Positions 26,024 through 41,696 of a stretch of 64,000 bases of DNA are shown piece after piece. The stretch covers positions 11,346,001-11,410,000 of the forward strand of contig CM022673.1 in NCBI GenBank assembly GCA_012295275.1. Direction: 5' to 3'. How positions within the stretch are numbered: the stretch's first letter is position 1; the number at the start of each line of letters is the position of its first letter. This DNA is from Chrysomallon squamiferum. Lineage: Eukaryota; Animalia; Mollusca. The position numbers and the translations under genes were made by a program. The notes below the pieces were generated by a model that ran no database searches, was not told the DNA's origin, and worked only from the letters and a program-made list of their open reading frames with translations.

Positions 26024-29000
26024 GCTTTTCAGCCATGCCGTAATCCCAGTTTCCCAATTTTTGACCCAACCCGCATGTTTTAATTTCCTAATTTCAGGCG
26101 CAGTCCTAATTTATATTTAGCAGCGGGGAGACAATCCATGCTTTGTGACTGCATGTTTCTGCCGTACGTCCTAACAGTTTGTTTTATTACTAGTACATTA
26201 AAACTTCCCTTTGCAGATCGTTACGGTATGTCGTGTGTACAGTAGATATGCGTATTAGGCACGTAGGCGAAGCAGCTGTTACAACAATAATATATGAGTC
26301 AGAAATTCATAAAATAGCGCTGACCTCATGGTGCGACACAACTGTATGTTGCCTACAAGATAGATTTTTGAACAAGATATTGTCAGCGAGGATTTTAGCC
26401 AGAGCAAATTCGGTCAATATAGACTTGAATGGTTAAATCTGACCAACTACACAAAACGGCTCGATTTACTTTTGTATTCGCGGACGTTTTAAATACCATT
26501 AAAGGCTTTTACTTCTCACTATGTGCTGTTCGAAACGATTAAGAAATTTACATATGATTATTTAGATTACTTGAAAAATAGAGCGCTAATAAAACATTCA
26601 ACATGTTTTAAATTTATTTGTTTGTAGCTTTAAAATCAATCCTTAGAATCTTCCCTTTGTCAATTAAAAAAAAAAAAAAAAAAAAAAATGAATAAACTTT
26701 ATTATCGGATTTGTTCGGTATGTTTCGCCACACTCGGTATGGTTCGTATGATTTCCACTTCAGAAACTTAACCTGGCGCGAAGTTGAAGTCGATAAAAAT
26801 GTTGGAGCAATATTATAATTAAAACAGCTCATTTCAAAGAATAATAATAATAAAAAAAAAACCTTTAAAGTTGAAGCTAAATTTCTACAGATAAGTTAAT
26901 GTCCAAAACAACATGGATGCCTGGATATGTGATTTATTTATTTTTTATTTTTTTATTTTATTTATTTATTTATTTTTTTATTTTATTTATTTTTTTTTTT
27001 TTTTTACCAATGTTATTTACTGACAATATAAATATTACTTATTGCTGATGTAGACGATTATCTGAAACCTACACGGTATAATTAAAATGTTATGGGGTTT
27101 AATACTTGAGTGGGTCTATGAATTTTAAAGATGGATTTATCTACGTATGCTTGCATTTGAAATGAAGTGTACGTTTGTTTCTGCAGTATTATAGTCTCTT
27201 TTGTTTGTTTTTTTCTTTGTTTTTTTGTTACGTTTCTGTCAGGTAATTTTTAAAATTTATATGTACTTGTATCTTTTTTAAGAGTGTTCAACCAACCCTC
27301 AAACGTTAACTTGACTGGTTCCGCCATTTTCAAGGGATTGGCAAGGTTCCATATGTTGCCTACAGGAACATCCTGTGCTGTTGGCTTAAGTTACTATGAT
27401 TTCCGTTTATTGTTCGGTCTAATTTATTTAACATATGTTGCAGAAATCATTTGAAAAACAAAAACTATGTTGCTTGTTTTAATCACACGAGTACAATGTC
27501 TGTTACTCGCAAGCGATTAGCTACACTGTTTAAAACTACTCAGTTAGAACACCAGGCTGAATAAAATGAATAAATGGAAGTACTTTTGTTTCAAAATATT
27601 TATGTATTAACGGTTATTTGGTGCATTTGTAAAAATAGTTTGTAATGTGAAACTAAGCCCGTTGTTGTAAACGTTATCGGCTGCTCCTGTCCGTGACGAG
27701 GTGGAGATCTTTTCTAGTAATTATTCAGTTTCAGACATATCGGAGAATTTATAACCATCACCGACTGTTATCAAAATCAGTTTTGAGGTTTGGTAGGAAC
27801 AGGACAAAAACATAAAGGATGTTATAAGCAGGGTTGAAACAGTAACGCGTCCATTTTGAGGCAAGCAATGTCTATGTTTTCAAAAGAAAATAATAGTGGT
27901 CAAACAAAACAAAAACAAATTAAAAGAAAAAGAAAGAAAGTGTAAATATAGAAAAAGTGAAGGAAGGAAAGAGAGAATTGATGCAAACCAATGTTCTAAG
28001 TTGCAAGAGTGTGTGCAGTCGTTGTATTGGTGCCGCGCGTGTCAAAATGTTGCCACTCATTTTAATTTACAAAATACGACTGTACGTTTCTGAGCGATTT
28101 TGTTTATCTTTTTCTTTACTTTTTTTTTTTTTTTTTTTTTTGCTCAAATCATCAAAAAAATTCCGTCAAGATGTAAACTTGAATGCGACAATAAAAAAAT
28201 AATAAAATATTGTGACAAAAAAGGAAGAAGTGCAACAAAAAATAAATAAAAAATAAGTAAAAAGATTTACAGCAAAGAAAGAAAGAGTGGAAGAATGAAG
28301 AAACACTGCACACAATAAGGAACAAACACAAAAGGTTGGGCGAAAAAAAAAAAAATAAGGACCGCTAACAAAGAAAGACGTCTAGGACAGCACCAACCGC
28401 AAAATCATTTCAGAGTACTGACCTCTTTTCTGACTCTCTCTTCAACCTTCTGCATCTGCGAGTCCATCTCCTCTTCCAGCGAGCGAAGATGCTGATCGTG
28501 CAGCTCTTTCTCTCTGTAACAACATTCAACATTTGAGTGACAGAACGAGCGAGCGAGCCAACGAACGAATAAATAAATGGTTGTGTGAGGATACATTTTA
28601 ATACGAAAAATGATAAAATGAGAGAAGAATCCCACTGTTGTGTTTATATATATATATATGCATACTACATACAGTATCGCGCGCACACCCACACCAAATA
28701 CATAAATGCACAAATAAACATCTTACGGATTTCCATAACCTGCACATGGCTTTGGCATGAACGGGACAGAGCCCATTTGCGTGTATCGATCCCACCACCC
28801 ATCGTTTTGCCTCTTTGTGATAAATAAGGCATCCTAATTAATAGCTTACACGAGAATGCTAGCAATGAGAGGGTCTAGGACAACTTTAGCAAAACCCTCG
28901 TACTACATCGTTCATTTTAGCATCAAACTGTCAGCAAAAGAATTCTCTATAGGGTTATATGCATGTAAGGTCGAACAGACCTACAGTATTACCAGTATTA

Positions 29001-30445
29001 TAACAAAAAGTACTGATCATAGGATGAATGGGAAGACACTGGCGTACATTTTAAAACAAGTCCCATATTGATCAGACAATAAATGGATTTTTGGCAAATT
29101 TTTTATATGTAAAACGAAAATAACGTCATCGGCGGGCCTATGGAATTTTTATTTTTTCTTATTTTGTTGTATTTTTTCAATTTTTTTATTTTTTTATTTA
29201 TTATTATTATTATTATTTTTTTTATTTTTTTTTTTGATGAAATAAATAGTACCATCGGCGTGACATAGTAGTGATAAGCAGTCTTGAATCACAGTTTAGA
29301 CCCCAACATGAGACGGACGTACCTTTTGTAGGATTTCTCCAGTCTGTCGTTTTCCCACTGATATTGGCGGACATCTTCGATGACCTTGAGAATGATGTTT
29401 TCAAACTGAGTGAGAAGTTCTGGGTTCTCAGAGGCATGCAGCTTCTGATACAACTCACACACCTGGTCCTGGCTGAAACAGTAATCAGATTCATACATTA
29501 ATACAGTAGTAGTAGTAGTAGCAGCAACAGTAGTAGTAGTACAGTAGTAGCCGTTGTTATGAGATTAGTAGTACTAGGAGTAGCAGTAGCAGCAGTTGTA
29601 GAAGTAGTAGAAATAATAATAGTAACAGTGATGGTACTAATAGCAATGGTAGTAGTAGATGCAGCAGTACAACAGCAGTTATAGAAATATGGTCATCATC
29701 AAAGGTCAGGAGACATTGTTTTGAGCTTTTTGGGGGAGCGACAGTTTCCTTTCTCTTATAGGTTTAATTTTCCAGGCGTAGATTTTATGATATATATATA
29801 TATATTTTTTAAATCAGTACGAATAGAAAACAAACAAACAAAAAAATACATATTTATTTGTTTGTTTGTTTGTTTTCTTTTTGTACTAATTTTTAAAACA
29901 TGGTCTACGTGACTATCAGTTCAAGTGACCTAGGAATTAATTAATAATCATTTGTTATGGCATTTTAAAGTGCATTTCCTCTATGTTAAATACTGATGAT
30001 GAAGCTAAAATTCGATCTCAGTCAACATAAAAACTACTTGTTGCGTTATTTCATGACAAAACTGTTCTATTTTTAGACTATCAATAATAATAAACGCTTA
30101 CATCGCACGCAGAACGAGTTAATATATGTGCATACCGAGTTGCGTTTATGGCGAATCGTTTGAAAATAAAATGGCCCACAGTAAAAACTAAAAATGGATA
30201 ATAAAACCTAAAGGCGCGATTACACGAGATAATTTTGACAAACCAACTGAAATGAACCTTATACTACTAAATCTAACTGACGTTATTGTTCTGTTGGTTT
30301 TGGGCGCGTGTTTACGTGTGTGTATTTTGTCTGTGTGTATTGTGTGTGTGTGTGTGTGTGTGTATGTTGTCTGTGTGTATTGTGTGTGTGTGTGTGTGGA
30401 TGTTGTCTGTGTGTATTGTGTGTGTGTGTGTGTTTGACTGTGTTT

Positions 30446-30485
<40 letters not shown>

Positions 30486-30597
30486 ACTAATAAATGCAAA
30501 CTTAAGCCACTCTTGCCATCGAACAAAATGCTATTTAAGTAATCACTAACACATCTGAAATATAGACACATTAAAGGCTGTTCATGTTTTATATGTA

Positions 30598-30650
<53 letters not shown>

Positions 30651-32408
30651 AGAAGTAAAGAACAGACTCAATATTATCATCATCATCATCATCATCATCG
30701 TTATTATTAATTTATTTTTTATTTATTTTTATTATTATTATTGTTTTAATTAAACGCAACGGCTATTCGCTCTGAGACTCAAGGCGGTGACAATAATACC
30801 CCACCTATCACCAGAGGCCCGAGGGTGAGGAACCACACCCAGCCCTCCAGTAAATGTGTCAATGGAAACAAAACTGATATTCGATGTGTATAATTATGTT
30901 AGCTTTTATCTACACCTGGATACGACTCACCTACATTCACATTATTCAGGTGTGAAATTACTGTACCTGCCAGGTGTCATTATCACGTGCGAATCTTTTG
31001 TTTAAATAACAGCATATCATGTCATGTTCGGTTTCAGTTCAAAATTTGCATATATATATATATATATATATATATGTTTGTGTATGTGTGTGTGTATCTA
31101 TATATATATATACACACATACATGTGTATGATAATTATCGTTGTTATTTCTGTATTTATAGACGTTGCTGTTATTTCAAAAAGAATGTCTTTTTTTTTTT
31201 TTTAAATAATAAAAAATGCCCGATACCGCATGTCACACAAGCCTTATATCTAGATAAATATTTATATTATATGTATTAATTTCATGTAACACAGCTATCA
31301 AAACAAAAAATATAAATGTTTATAAAAATACTGAAAATCAATTTATAAACGAGTATTATAACCGTGATCTAAAAATACACTCAACATCAAAACAAAAAAA
31401 AAAAAAATTTAAAACAGAAACAAAACAGAATATTTATTACACCTGTGACCATGTAATAAAAAAAAAAAAGGATTAAATATTTACGTCACAGCCGTACATT
31501 AATTTCACGTATTTCTGTTTCTGCGTCACAGATGATGTCATCTAGTTAAACGTCACACGAGAATGATTTTTTTTTTAATTTTTTTTTTTTTAAATAAAAG
31601 AACATTAAAAGAAATAGTAATGAACGACAATATAAATCGTTAGACACGTCAGCAAATCCTATTGATCTGGGAATTACAGTTTTGTCCGACAAGCGCTCAC
31701 CAGCACGCACTCACACGTTCACGCGCGCGCGAGCACACACACACACACACAAGTATGTCTATACATACATATACAATTTGATATACACGCGTACGCGGGC
31801 ACTCACACACACACACACACACACATACACACATATATATATGTATGTGTACATACATACATACATACATGCATACATATATGTCCATACAGACGCACAC
31901 ATATACATATATTATTTAAAATGTTACAAAAACTAAATACATACAAGCAGAGCAACTGATAATTTGTATACACCGTCAACATCCCTTCTTCTTCCTCGTA
32001 TAATATTTATCCCTTAACACAAAGTATTTACTATTAACACGACTACAAAGCTTTCTAATTAAACTACAAGCAGTAAGTCAAATTATTAAAGCAATTACCG
32101 AGTGTCAAGAACTGGCACTTGTCACTCAGATCATCTCTAGAACAAAAGTTTAACAAAGTTTCAAAGACAAGCTTCAAGATATACCTGTTAGGATAAAACA
32201 GGGAATAGCTCCACCCCAAGCGTGCTTTATTTTTTAGTTATTTGTGGCTGTTTATTATATATAGATATACAAACATATACTTTTTAAAGTAACGCTTAAA
32301 ATATTACTCCAAAGCAGTTATTTATTCTCAGAAAACGTATTTAATTGTTCTGTCGGTTTTTACTGAACTGTATGTGATGTGTGTCTCTCTTAGACTGTAT
32401 CATTGAAT

Positions 32409-32495
<87 letters not shown>

Positions 32496-34128
32496 ATGGA
32501 TTATTATTATTATTATTTTAGTAGTAGTAGTAGCAGCAGTAACAGTAGTAGTTTCACCACTATTACGATAACAATTACTTCTACTATTACTACAGTCACA
32601 ATTATTGCTGTTATTGTCTGTCATTGCTATATTTATTTACTTATTCACTAACCAACTTATTTATTTAATACAAAAAATAACTAAGACTTTTGGATTAACT
32701 TTTCTACTCTCTGTTTGTCGCCCCTGCTTTGTGAGAAGAAACGCGTGATAAACACTAATACCATGTATTGACCGAAAAGTGTCCAAACATTGTATATTTT
32801 TCGTTGAATATACTTCATCTATGCTAATCCGAAACTCCGCGTTATTTACTTCTCACCGATATCCTCAACATGCTGTGTGAAACTCACCAACAATGGTCAG
32901 AATGTTCATTTTTTAGTGGGTTTTTTCTTTATCTTGAAGTATACTCGACAAAAAAGTTACCGTTTTTATTATTATTAGTAGTAGTAGTAGTAGTAGTAAC
33001 TTAACTACTACTACTACGACTACACCCACTACCACGACTACTGCTACTACTACTATGATGATGATTCTGATTCTGATTATTTATTTATTTATTTGGACAA
33101 AACAAATTTAAACTTTTTTCTCTGTTTTTCTCTATTTTGGGTTTATATCTTTACTTATTTCTACATACTTATATGCACGCTTATTTCACTTTGTAACACA
33201 TTCTTTACTTACTCGATTTATTTATTTTTATTCCTTTTTTTTTAAATTCATTTGTTTATTAAAAACGAAGGTAGTTTTGTTTGTTTGTTGTTGCTTTTTC
33301 GGAGTTTTAACAGATTATATGGCAAATTAATACTGTAGACATAATTCCCACATATATACATACATTTTTTTCTTCTATCATTTGTTTTTGAAGACAAAAA
33401 GTAAACTTCATTTTGCAAAAAAAAAAAAAAAATAATAATATAATGACAGTTTTGACGTAAAACCAACAAAAATAAAATACAAGAAAACCAAATCCTGACT
33501 TCTTAGGAACGGGTCACGTATATATATTCATTGTTAAGTATATTTGTGTGCTTTCATCCAACTGTAACGAGAAAGCTTACACTAACAAAAGAAAACGTAC
33601 AATACAACTTTTCAGTGTCACAAAATAATAACATACCCTTAAAAATAACCAAAAAAAAAAGAAAAAAGAAAGAACTATTTTGTGAGGAGGGTGTTACTTG
33701 TGGCCTATATATTCTGCAGAATAAAAATGTGTATATAAATTTTAAATATAAACATCGATATTGACAGAAATACACTGCGTTTATTTTGCAGCTACGTCTT
33801 TAGAATCTCGTTGTAAGACATAGGCACACAGACACATACACACATATACATAGATAGAGAAACGTACATAAACACACAGTTATATACAGTAAACATCCAT
33901 GTGTGTGTGTGCGTGGGTGTATATGTGTGTTTGTGTACACACACAGTCGCATATCCAAACACACAGAGATGGAGAAACGTATGCATACTTAATAAACACG
34001 CATGTGCAAAGATGCACGAAACCTTCATTATTTATTTCATTTCAATACATGTAACCCTAGAATACATATTATTTTATTTCAAGCTTAATTTATTTATTTG
34101 TTTATTTATTTATTTATTTATGATTATG

Positions 34129-34218
<90 letters not shown>

Positions 34219-37200
34219 TCCCATGATTACGTGCAAAGATTGACATCGTGGTATTTGCTGAGTAGGTTTATGGAATATAGTATTACCTGAACTCGACTAT
34301 TACATCAGAACATTGCGCCATCTGTTACAACGTGACATCAATGTGTCACTAAAGCTATGTAACATGCCACACTTTAGAGATTCTCGCATAGCCGCACTTC
34401 AGCGCAGAATATGGATAAATAATAATAACAATAATAATAACAACAACAACAATCGAACCAATGTTGACTTAATTGTATACATAGGAAATGCGAGCGTGGA
34501 TTAAGGGGAGATTATTAAAATGAATAGGTCGAAAGTGTCTGAATTTCATCCGCCATATTACTGCGAAATACTTTTCAGTCATCTGAGTGTATTAAATTAA
34601 ATTTTCTGGTGGTCTCATGTGCTACAAGAGATGTTTATTGGGGAAAAAAAAATATATATATAAATAAATAAATAAATTAATTAATTAATAATAATAAATT
34701 AATAAATAATAAAACAGAATACTATGTCTAATACTTCTTTATCCTGAAAATTATTCAGATCCAATCAAATACTTGTTTTATTTTGTTTTGTTATTTTTTT
34801 CTTATTTCTTTATTACTTTTATTTTTTTTTTGTATTATTATTATTATTATTATTATTAATTTTTTTTTTTTTTTTTACTTTTGTGCTACATTTATGCCTT
34901 TACCGCAATAAGAACTTCTGGTTGGTTATGTAACAAACCAAACGCCTGACAAAAAAAAAAAAAAAAAAAAAAGGATATGTTAACAGGGTTATTTTTTTTT
35001 TTTTTTTTAATGTTAATATTTGTTTTCAAAATCTATGAAACGAACATAATGCATCTACCATAATTGATTGATAGCATTTAAAAATATTTAAAAAATCAAT
35101 TACTCTGCTTATATAATATCCTATACAAATTAACAAAACTGTTTACCTACAATATTTATACAACAGAATACAAATGAAAACAATTTTTGTGATACTCTAG
35201 GTACTCCTGCTTTGAAATGTTTTACTTTATCGGAACATTTACCATTTACTGTTTATAAAACAATTTATAACCAAAGATCTTCATATATCGTTTGCCCAGT
35301 TTTGTTTATAAACAAAAATAGATAAGAAAAAGCAGCATAAGTTAACTATAGAATTAATTATCTGCATGACAAATGATGCCCAATGGTTAGAATATCAGAC
35401 ATTTAACAAATTGTATACAATGTTTATTAATTTGTTATTACTGGCTCTGTATGAATAAACTAATAATAAATTCAAAGTCTGCAACAGAACTATGTAGCCG
35501 ACAAACATTATCAACAGAGAAGACAACAATTACGTACAGATACTATATTATCCAAGGTCATTCATTATTTAATCGCTTAAAACTACCCCAGCATCAACAT
35601 CGACATCAACAAATGTTGATGACTATGACTTAAAATTAAATTAACACAGGACGTTTCTGAAGTATCAAAAAACTAGATAATAAAGTAAAGTCAAGCCGAG
35701 CGAAAGTGAGTACAATTGATCAGTTATGTTTTGAAACAGTTTTGTCACCAATAATCATTATATTCACCAAACTTGCTCCTCATTTTTTCAACAATGAGTA
35801 CTAACAAGTTAAACTAAAACAGATATGTAACTAATGAGGATTAAGATCCAACGAAACAAATGAATGTAAATTAATTTAATAAACATACCATTAGCACATC
35901 TATATATTATCATGACAGATCATCCAGTAATTCTTCCATTCCAAGCTGAAAACATCTAGAGATGTGTGAAACTAATAAACACTGCATTCAAAATATTCGA
36001 AACAAATGAAGTTAGATGAAGCCAAATGAGGCTAAAACATCATTTTTACATAGGTTATCCATTTTCTTAAACATGAAACAAATTAGGTTAAATGAAGCAC
36101 CACCAAAGATTATCCAAGTACTTGGTTCTTTGTTGAATGTGCCAGAACGACCAACAGCGATGTCTTAAACAAACAAACATAATGACTGCATTCAAAATGC
36201 ACAAAACAATGAAGCAAAATGAAGCCAAACGAAGCTAATACATCATTTTCATAACAGATTATCATCAAAGATCACGCAACTGGTTCAAACATGTTCATTG
36301 TTAATGAACGACCAACTGTAATATCTTAAACTAATAAAGACGTAAGGACCGTAACGAAAACATACAAAACAATGGAAAAAAATGAAGCTAAATGAAGCTA
36401 TATGGTGCTAAATGAAGATAATATATCGTTTTCATAATATATTATCACCAAAACTCATTCAGTTATTTAGTTCTTGTTCATTGTTATTGAATAAGCAAGT
36501 GTGATGTCTTTAAACGAATAAAGACTAACCACTGCATTCAAAACAGACCAAAGAAATGAAAGTAAATGAAGCTGATGATTATATCAGTTGTACATATTCT
36601 ATTAATGACAAAGGTAAGCGCAGCGGGCGAACAATAATACATTTTGACAGAATAAAGTAAGTTTAACTTAAAACTTTTGAAAACGATAATAACTTGTGTA
36701 AATATTTGTTTAAGAACGTAGGCTTTAGATGTGATTGATTCTAGTTCTGCCAACTAGGTGTTTCTTCCTGAATAAACACAGTTACAGTAATAATAATAAT
36801 AATAATAATGAATATACCGTGTTTTTTTTTTTTTTTTTTTTTTTTTATAAAATGGTCACGAAGCACTGAGGGGAAAAACCTGAATATAAATCATAATGAA
36901 TTCAGGCTTAATTGTTTTTATTTTATTATTTTATTTACTTTTTATTTTTATTAATTTTTTTTTTTTTTAGTTTATTTAGTTATTAATTTATTAAATTATT
37001 TTATTTTATTTATTTATTTATTTTTTTTTGTTCAGTATTATGACATCCAAAAGTAAATAACTAAAAATTATTCTTTGTCCTCCAAGAATCTTAAACAAAC
37101 ATTAAATATTACAGCATTATCATAATATTACTGCTTAGAACTAATTTTTTGGAACAAAACAACCTTATATAAATACCAACCATGTTTCCGAAAGAAGCGC

Positions 37201-38356
37201 TACATCCGACAGTTTATACGGCAAATCAATTTCTTTTCTAACATTCTTCCGACTTTTTGGCGTGCTTGCATAAAGGCTGCCCCTGAAACCACCAACAGCA
37301 ACAGCACCACAAGTGTTCTCTTCTTTCAGCTGTGTTTTTAAATCATCGATGGTGATAACGCCATCTTTATCGTGGTCCAAAACACCGAAAATGATGTCGA
37401 GATCGTCTGACGAGATGTTTAAGTTTTCTGAAATTTCCGCCAGCTGATGTTTCGTCAGCGACGTGTTCTGTCCGCCAAGGTGAAGGATCTCAATGAGACG
37501 CGAGACATCCAAATCTGAATCTCCAGTCATTGCATTATCGTCCCTGCGAGATGACCTTTTTTTTTTTCCGCGTCTGCAACTTCTCTAAGACCCGAATTAA
37601 CGTAAACGCTTATGGTCTGACGTTCTCAGTAGAAGACGGGTCGAAACGGGAGTTCATCGTGACGTGATGTTTAGTTTGCTTGTACAAATTTGTCTAAAAC
37701 GGTTTAATCCACAATGATCTGATCTGATCTGATGACAGTGACGACAGATGTGAAATAATTCCGTGAAGTGTTTTATACCGTACGTATACGAGATGGTTGA
37801 CGGTAACGCTTTTTGGGTATTTTTACACAACTGTGACGAAATCGTACTGGAATACAGCGATGGAATAATACATACTGTTAACACACTCAAGCAGTATTTA
37901 GATATATCCAGTGATAAAATGTTTAAAAACACGATCTTCACAATTTCTGTGTTTCTAACAGCAAAATGAAACACTTTTTAGATGTTCAACTGTTGCGATA
38001 AAAAATTCGAAAACACAGTTGTTGGTTTTCAGTTACCGTAGTTGTTGCTGTCTTCCTCGTTGTTGTCCGTGATAGTAGTGTTTGGTAATTCAGTTTTGCA
38101 AATGCCCAAGATACTCAGTCGTAAAGCTAACAAATTTTCTCAAATGCTTTTTCCAAAACTCCACACGAAATATTAGCTAAACTTGACACGAAATAAATAT
38201 CAATGCTTTTAATTGAAAAAAAAAAAAAAAAAAAAACTTTGTCAAGAAACCGAGAAATATAAGCAAAGTTCATTTAGATCACGAAAATCACAATATATAT
38301 CTCTAAAAATATGCCAGGTTATCACGATAGAAAATAGCAGCTGTTACAATCTAAAC

Positions 38357-38390
<34 letters not shown>

Positions 38391-40569
38391 TAGAGAGAGA
38401 TAATTTTATCTCAGTTCAGCAATATCGTATTAACGTTTAATAAACACATATAGGCCGAACATGTATTCGACCGCGTCAAGTTTGACTGCTCCCCCGTATA
38501 ATAAAATAAATAAAGAAAGATAACAAAACAATCCTAGACGACCTGTTGCTGTCAGAATTCGTGAAAAAAAGTCTCAACATGCACGCTTGTCACGGTTTTC
38601 CAGTGTTTGTTTCGTGTTTCAGAACTCGGCAATGAGAGAAAGAAATCCGGAATCAGTCGAACGGTTCCGGTGACGGTCGACGATCCTGACAGTGTGAAAT
38701 CGCGACGGTGAAAGACACAAATACCATGACAGACGACAGACTGTACGCAGAAGTGAAATAACAGTCGAGCTTTTGTTTAATCGATTTTTTCAGCTCGCCT
38801 AGTTTTTCCATGGCCAGTCCTGGCATGTTAACCGTATATTAAATTCAACAGGTGTTATTGATAGTCGAGCGGTATTTTCCAGCCTCACATGGCGCAAGCG
38901 TTAATACCTTCGTAACAGTGGCGTAAGGTTTATAAAAATAACAAATGTGCAGATATAGTATTATTTGCTTATTTAATTATATTTAATTCAAATAACTGTG
39001 AAAATTTTATTGCAGGTAAATATGCACGCACGCATACAACTGTATAGTTAAGCTGTAAAAGTTTGTCACGTTTAGTAGTGTGGAAATTTAGCTGATAATT
39101 TCAACAGGCGAATCGTGAAAGCCAGATATAAGTACAAAATTCTAGACAGACTGAGGCTATGACAAAAATGCAACAACTGATTCATCCTGTTAGGGTTTTT
39201 TATTTTTATATTTATATTTATATTTTATTTATGATAACAAAATGGGAAATGTCAGTCATACATCCTCAAAATATTTTACTGATAGACGTTTGTTATCAAC
39301 GAAGATTGGCAGATGACTACAATTACAGAAATTACTTGGTATCAAAGTATAATTCGTTTATACTAAATCTCATTTCAACTTTATTATAAAGAAAGGTTAG
39401 TTGCATGAAACAAATTCAGTAATACATACATACTGAATACAATGTAGGTGAATACTTTATTTTGTTTTAGTATTTATTTTATTTTTATTTGAATGTTCTT
39501 TTTTCTTCAATTAGTTGGGGGTTTTTTTTTTTTCTGTCCATATTTTAACTGGTTTATTATTATTATTTTTAACTTTTTATTATTTATTAACTATTTTATT
39601 TTATTTTATTTTATTTAAATTACAGTGAATGCATGATTTATCAGCTATATTATTAATAATGTTCTGTATCTGCAGACATTAAAATAATCAAAATTATCAA
39701 GAACTCACTCTTTATAGATTGAAAACCAGTCTGTTGAAAGTAGATGTATTACACATAAACAACAAAACATATAATACATATAAAAATAAATTTTTGAAAA
39801 TTTATATATTTATTTATTTATTAGAAATTGTGTTATTTTCATGTTTGCATTTGCTTCATTAAAATTTTATATTACTCTGGTTACGCCTGCTAACACCGTA
39901 ATTATTCTGACGCAAGCGAAGAAATATGTAAATTACCTTCAGCTGTGACGTCAGAATCAAATTTACATATATCATAATGCACAGCTGGCGCTAAACATTT
40001 CCCATATTTTTCGTCTTCTTCTTCTTCTTTTTTTTTTTTTTTTTTTTTCATGTTTCTGCTTGCATCATTAATAATGTTATATCACTCTGGTTACACCATC
40101 TTACATCACAACTATTCTGACGCAGGCGAAGAAATATTTAAATTACCTACAGCTGTGACGTCAGAATTAAATTTACATATATCCTAACGCTACAGCTGAC
40201 GTTATACATTCCAGACATTTTTTTTCTTTCTTTCTTTTATTCTTTCATTAATTTTATTTTTTTTATTTTTTTTTGTTTTTTTCCTTTATTTTATTTTATT
40301 TTATTTTATTTTATTTTAATTTTTGACGTCACTGAAATTTAGTTAATATAAAATATAAAATTTACTGTCGGCTATGAGTCTGGTGTCATGCAGTGTATAG
40401 TTATCAATGAATATTCATTTTCATATTGCTGCTGTTGTTTGATTGATTATTTATTGTATAATTCATTGAGCATAGAGATATCCAAAAATTTAAACCAATG
40501 ATTTTAATATAATTTTTGTAATTAAGTAATCTAAATATTAAGGCGTTATTTTTATATTTTCAATAATCA

Positions 40570-40622
<53 letters not shown>

Positions 40623-41254
40623 CATGCACATATATGTGCTGAAGTTTAGTACATAGTAACTGCGGCAGTTCAGAATGCCAGATCAGAAATATTGTCAACG
40701 CATGCGCAGAATACATTGTATCGTTGGCTTAACGTAACAGATGGTGTTTTCATTTGTTTGAAACAAACCTACGACATTCCAAAACCGAAAAGAAAAATCA
40801 ATATGGCTACCTACATGTCAACGAACTGTATTGTTAAAAGAAATTAAATTATGTAACGTCTGATTAAATTTCTTAAAACTACTTACAGTTACCTTTAAAG
40901 TTGTCAGTCTTAAAATAATATTTACCACAACTTACACAAATACACACACATACAAGCAAATATATATACATAAATATAAATACCACACACAAAAACAGAT
41001 TAAAATTAACATGAAAATTTAGTATTTAATTTAGACTCGAATGAAGTATGAATTTTGTTCGGGGTGCATTTGTGTTGTTTCTGTTTGTTTTTATTTTTTA
41101 TTATTATTATTATTTGTATTGTTATTTTTTTTCTTTATTATTTGTATTTTTAAAAATTATTATTATTATTATTATTATTTTTAGTAGTATTGTAGTATTA
41201 TTATTATTATTATTATTATCATCATCATCATCATAATCATTATCATTATTAATT

Positions 41255-41285
<31 letters not shown>

Positions 41286-41663
41286 CCTTACTGAGCAAAA
41301 TATTTAAATTGTAACTTGTAAACGTAATATTACTATATACAAAAAATTTTAGTATTTGCACATAAATAAAGTAAACAACAGATTCTAGAACAAAACATGA
41401 AATTAGAGTCTTTATAAAATGTGTATGTGTGCGTGTGTATATCCATAAGCAAGAAATAAATCGATAATTCCTAACCATTTTTTTTTTTATCAATTTCTCT
41501 TAAGTTAGTATGTCTGTCTGTCTGTTTGTCTGTCCATTAGACTGTCTGTCAGTCTGCAGCTATTTACTGTTTTTCGTTCTGTTTGTTTGGGTGTATGTTT
41601 TTATTTCTGTTTTTATGTATGTTTTTGAATGTACATTACTGAACAAATACATTACGATGGATA

Positions 41664-41696
<33 letters not shown>

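Noticed and set aside
32091-32190. A third alternative coding first exon for RASEF (donor CG|gtaatt)
   Set aside because: A stop lies seven codons upstream in the required phase-2 frame, with no ATG between.
37165-37530. Exon 1b as a stand-alone intronless EF-hand gene nested in the intron
   Set aside because: Not fully excluded, but the phase-2 TG|gt donor matching exon 1a and the common exon makes splicing into RASEF more parsimonious.
37654-37974. 106-aa minus ORF and 68-aa plus ORF upstream of exon 1b
   Set aside because: No recognisable motif or splice linkage; better explained as leader or promoter sequence.
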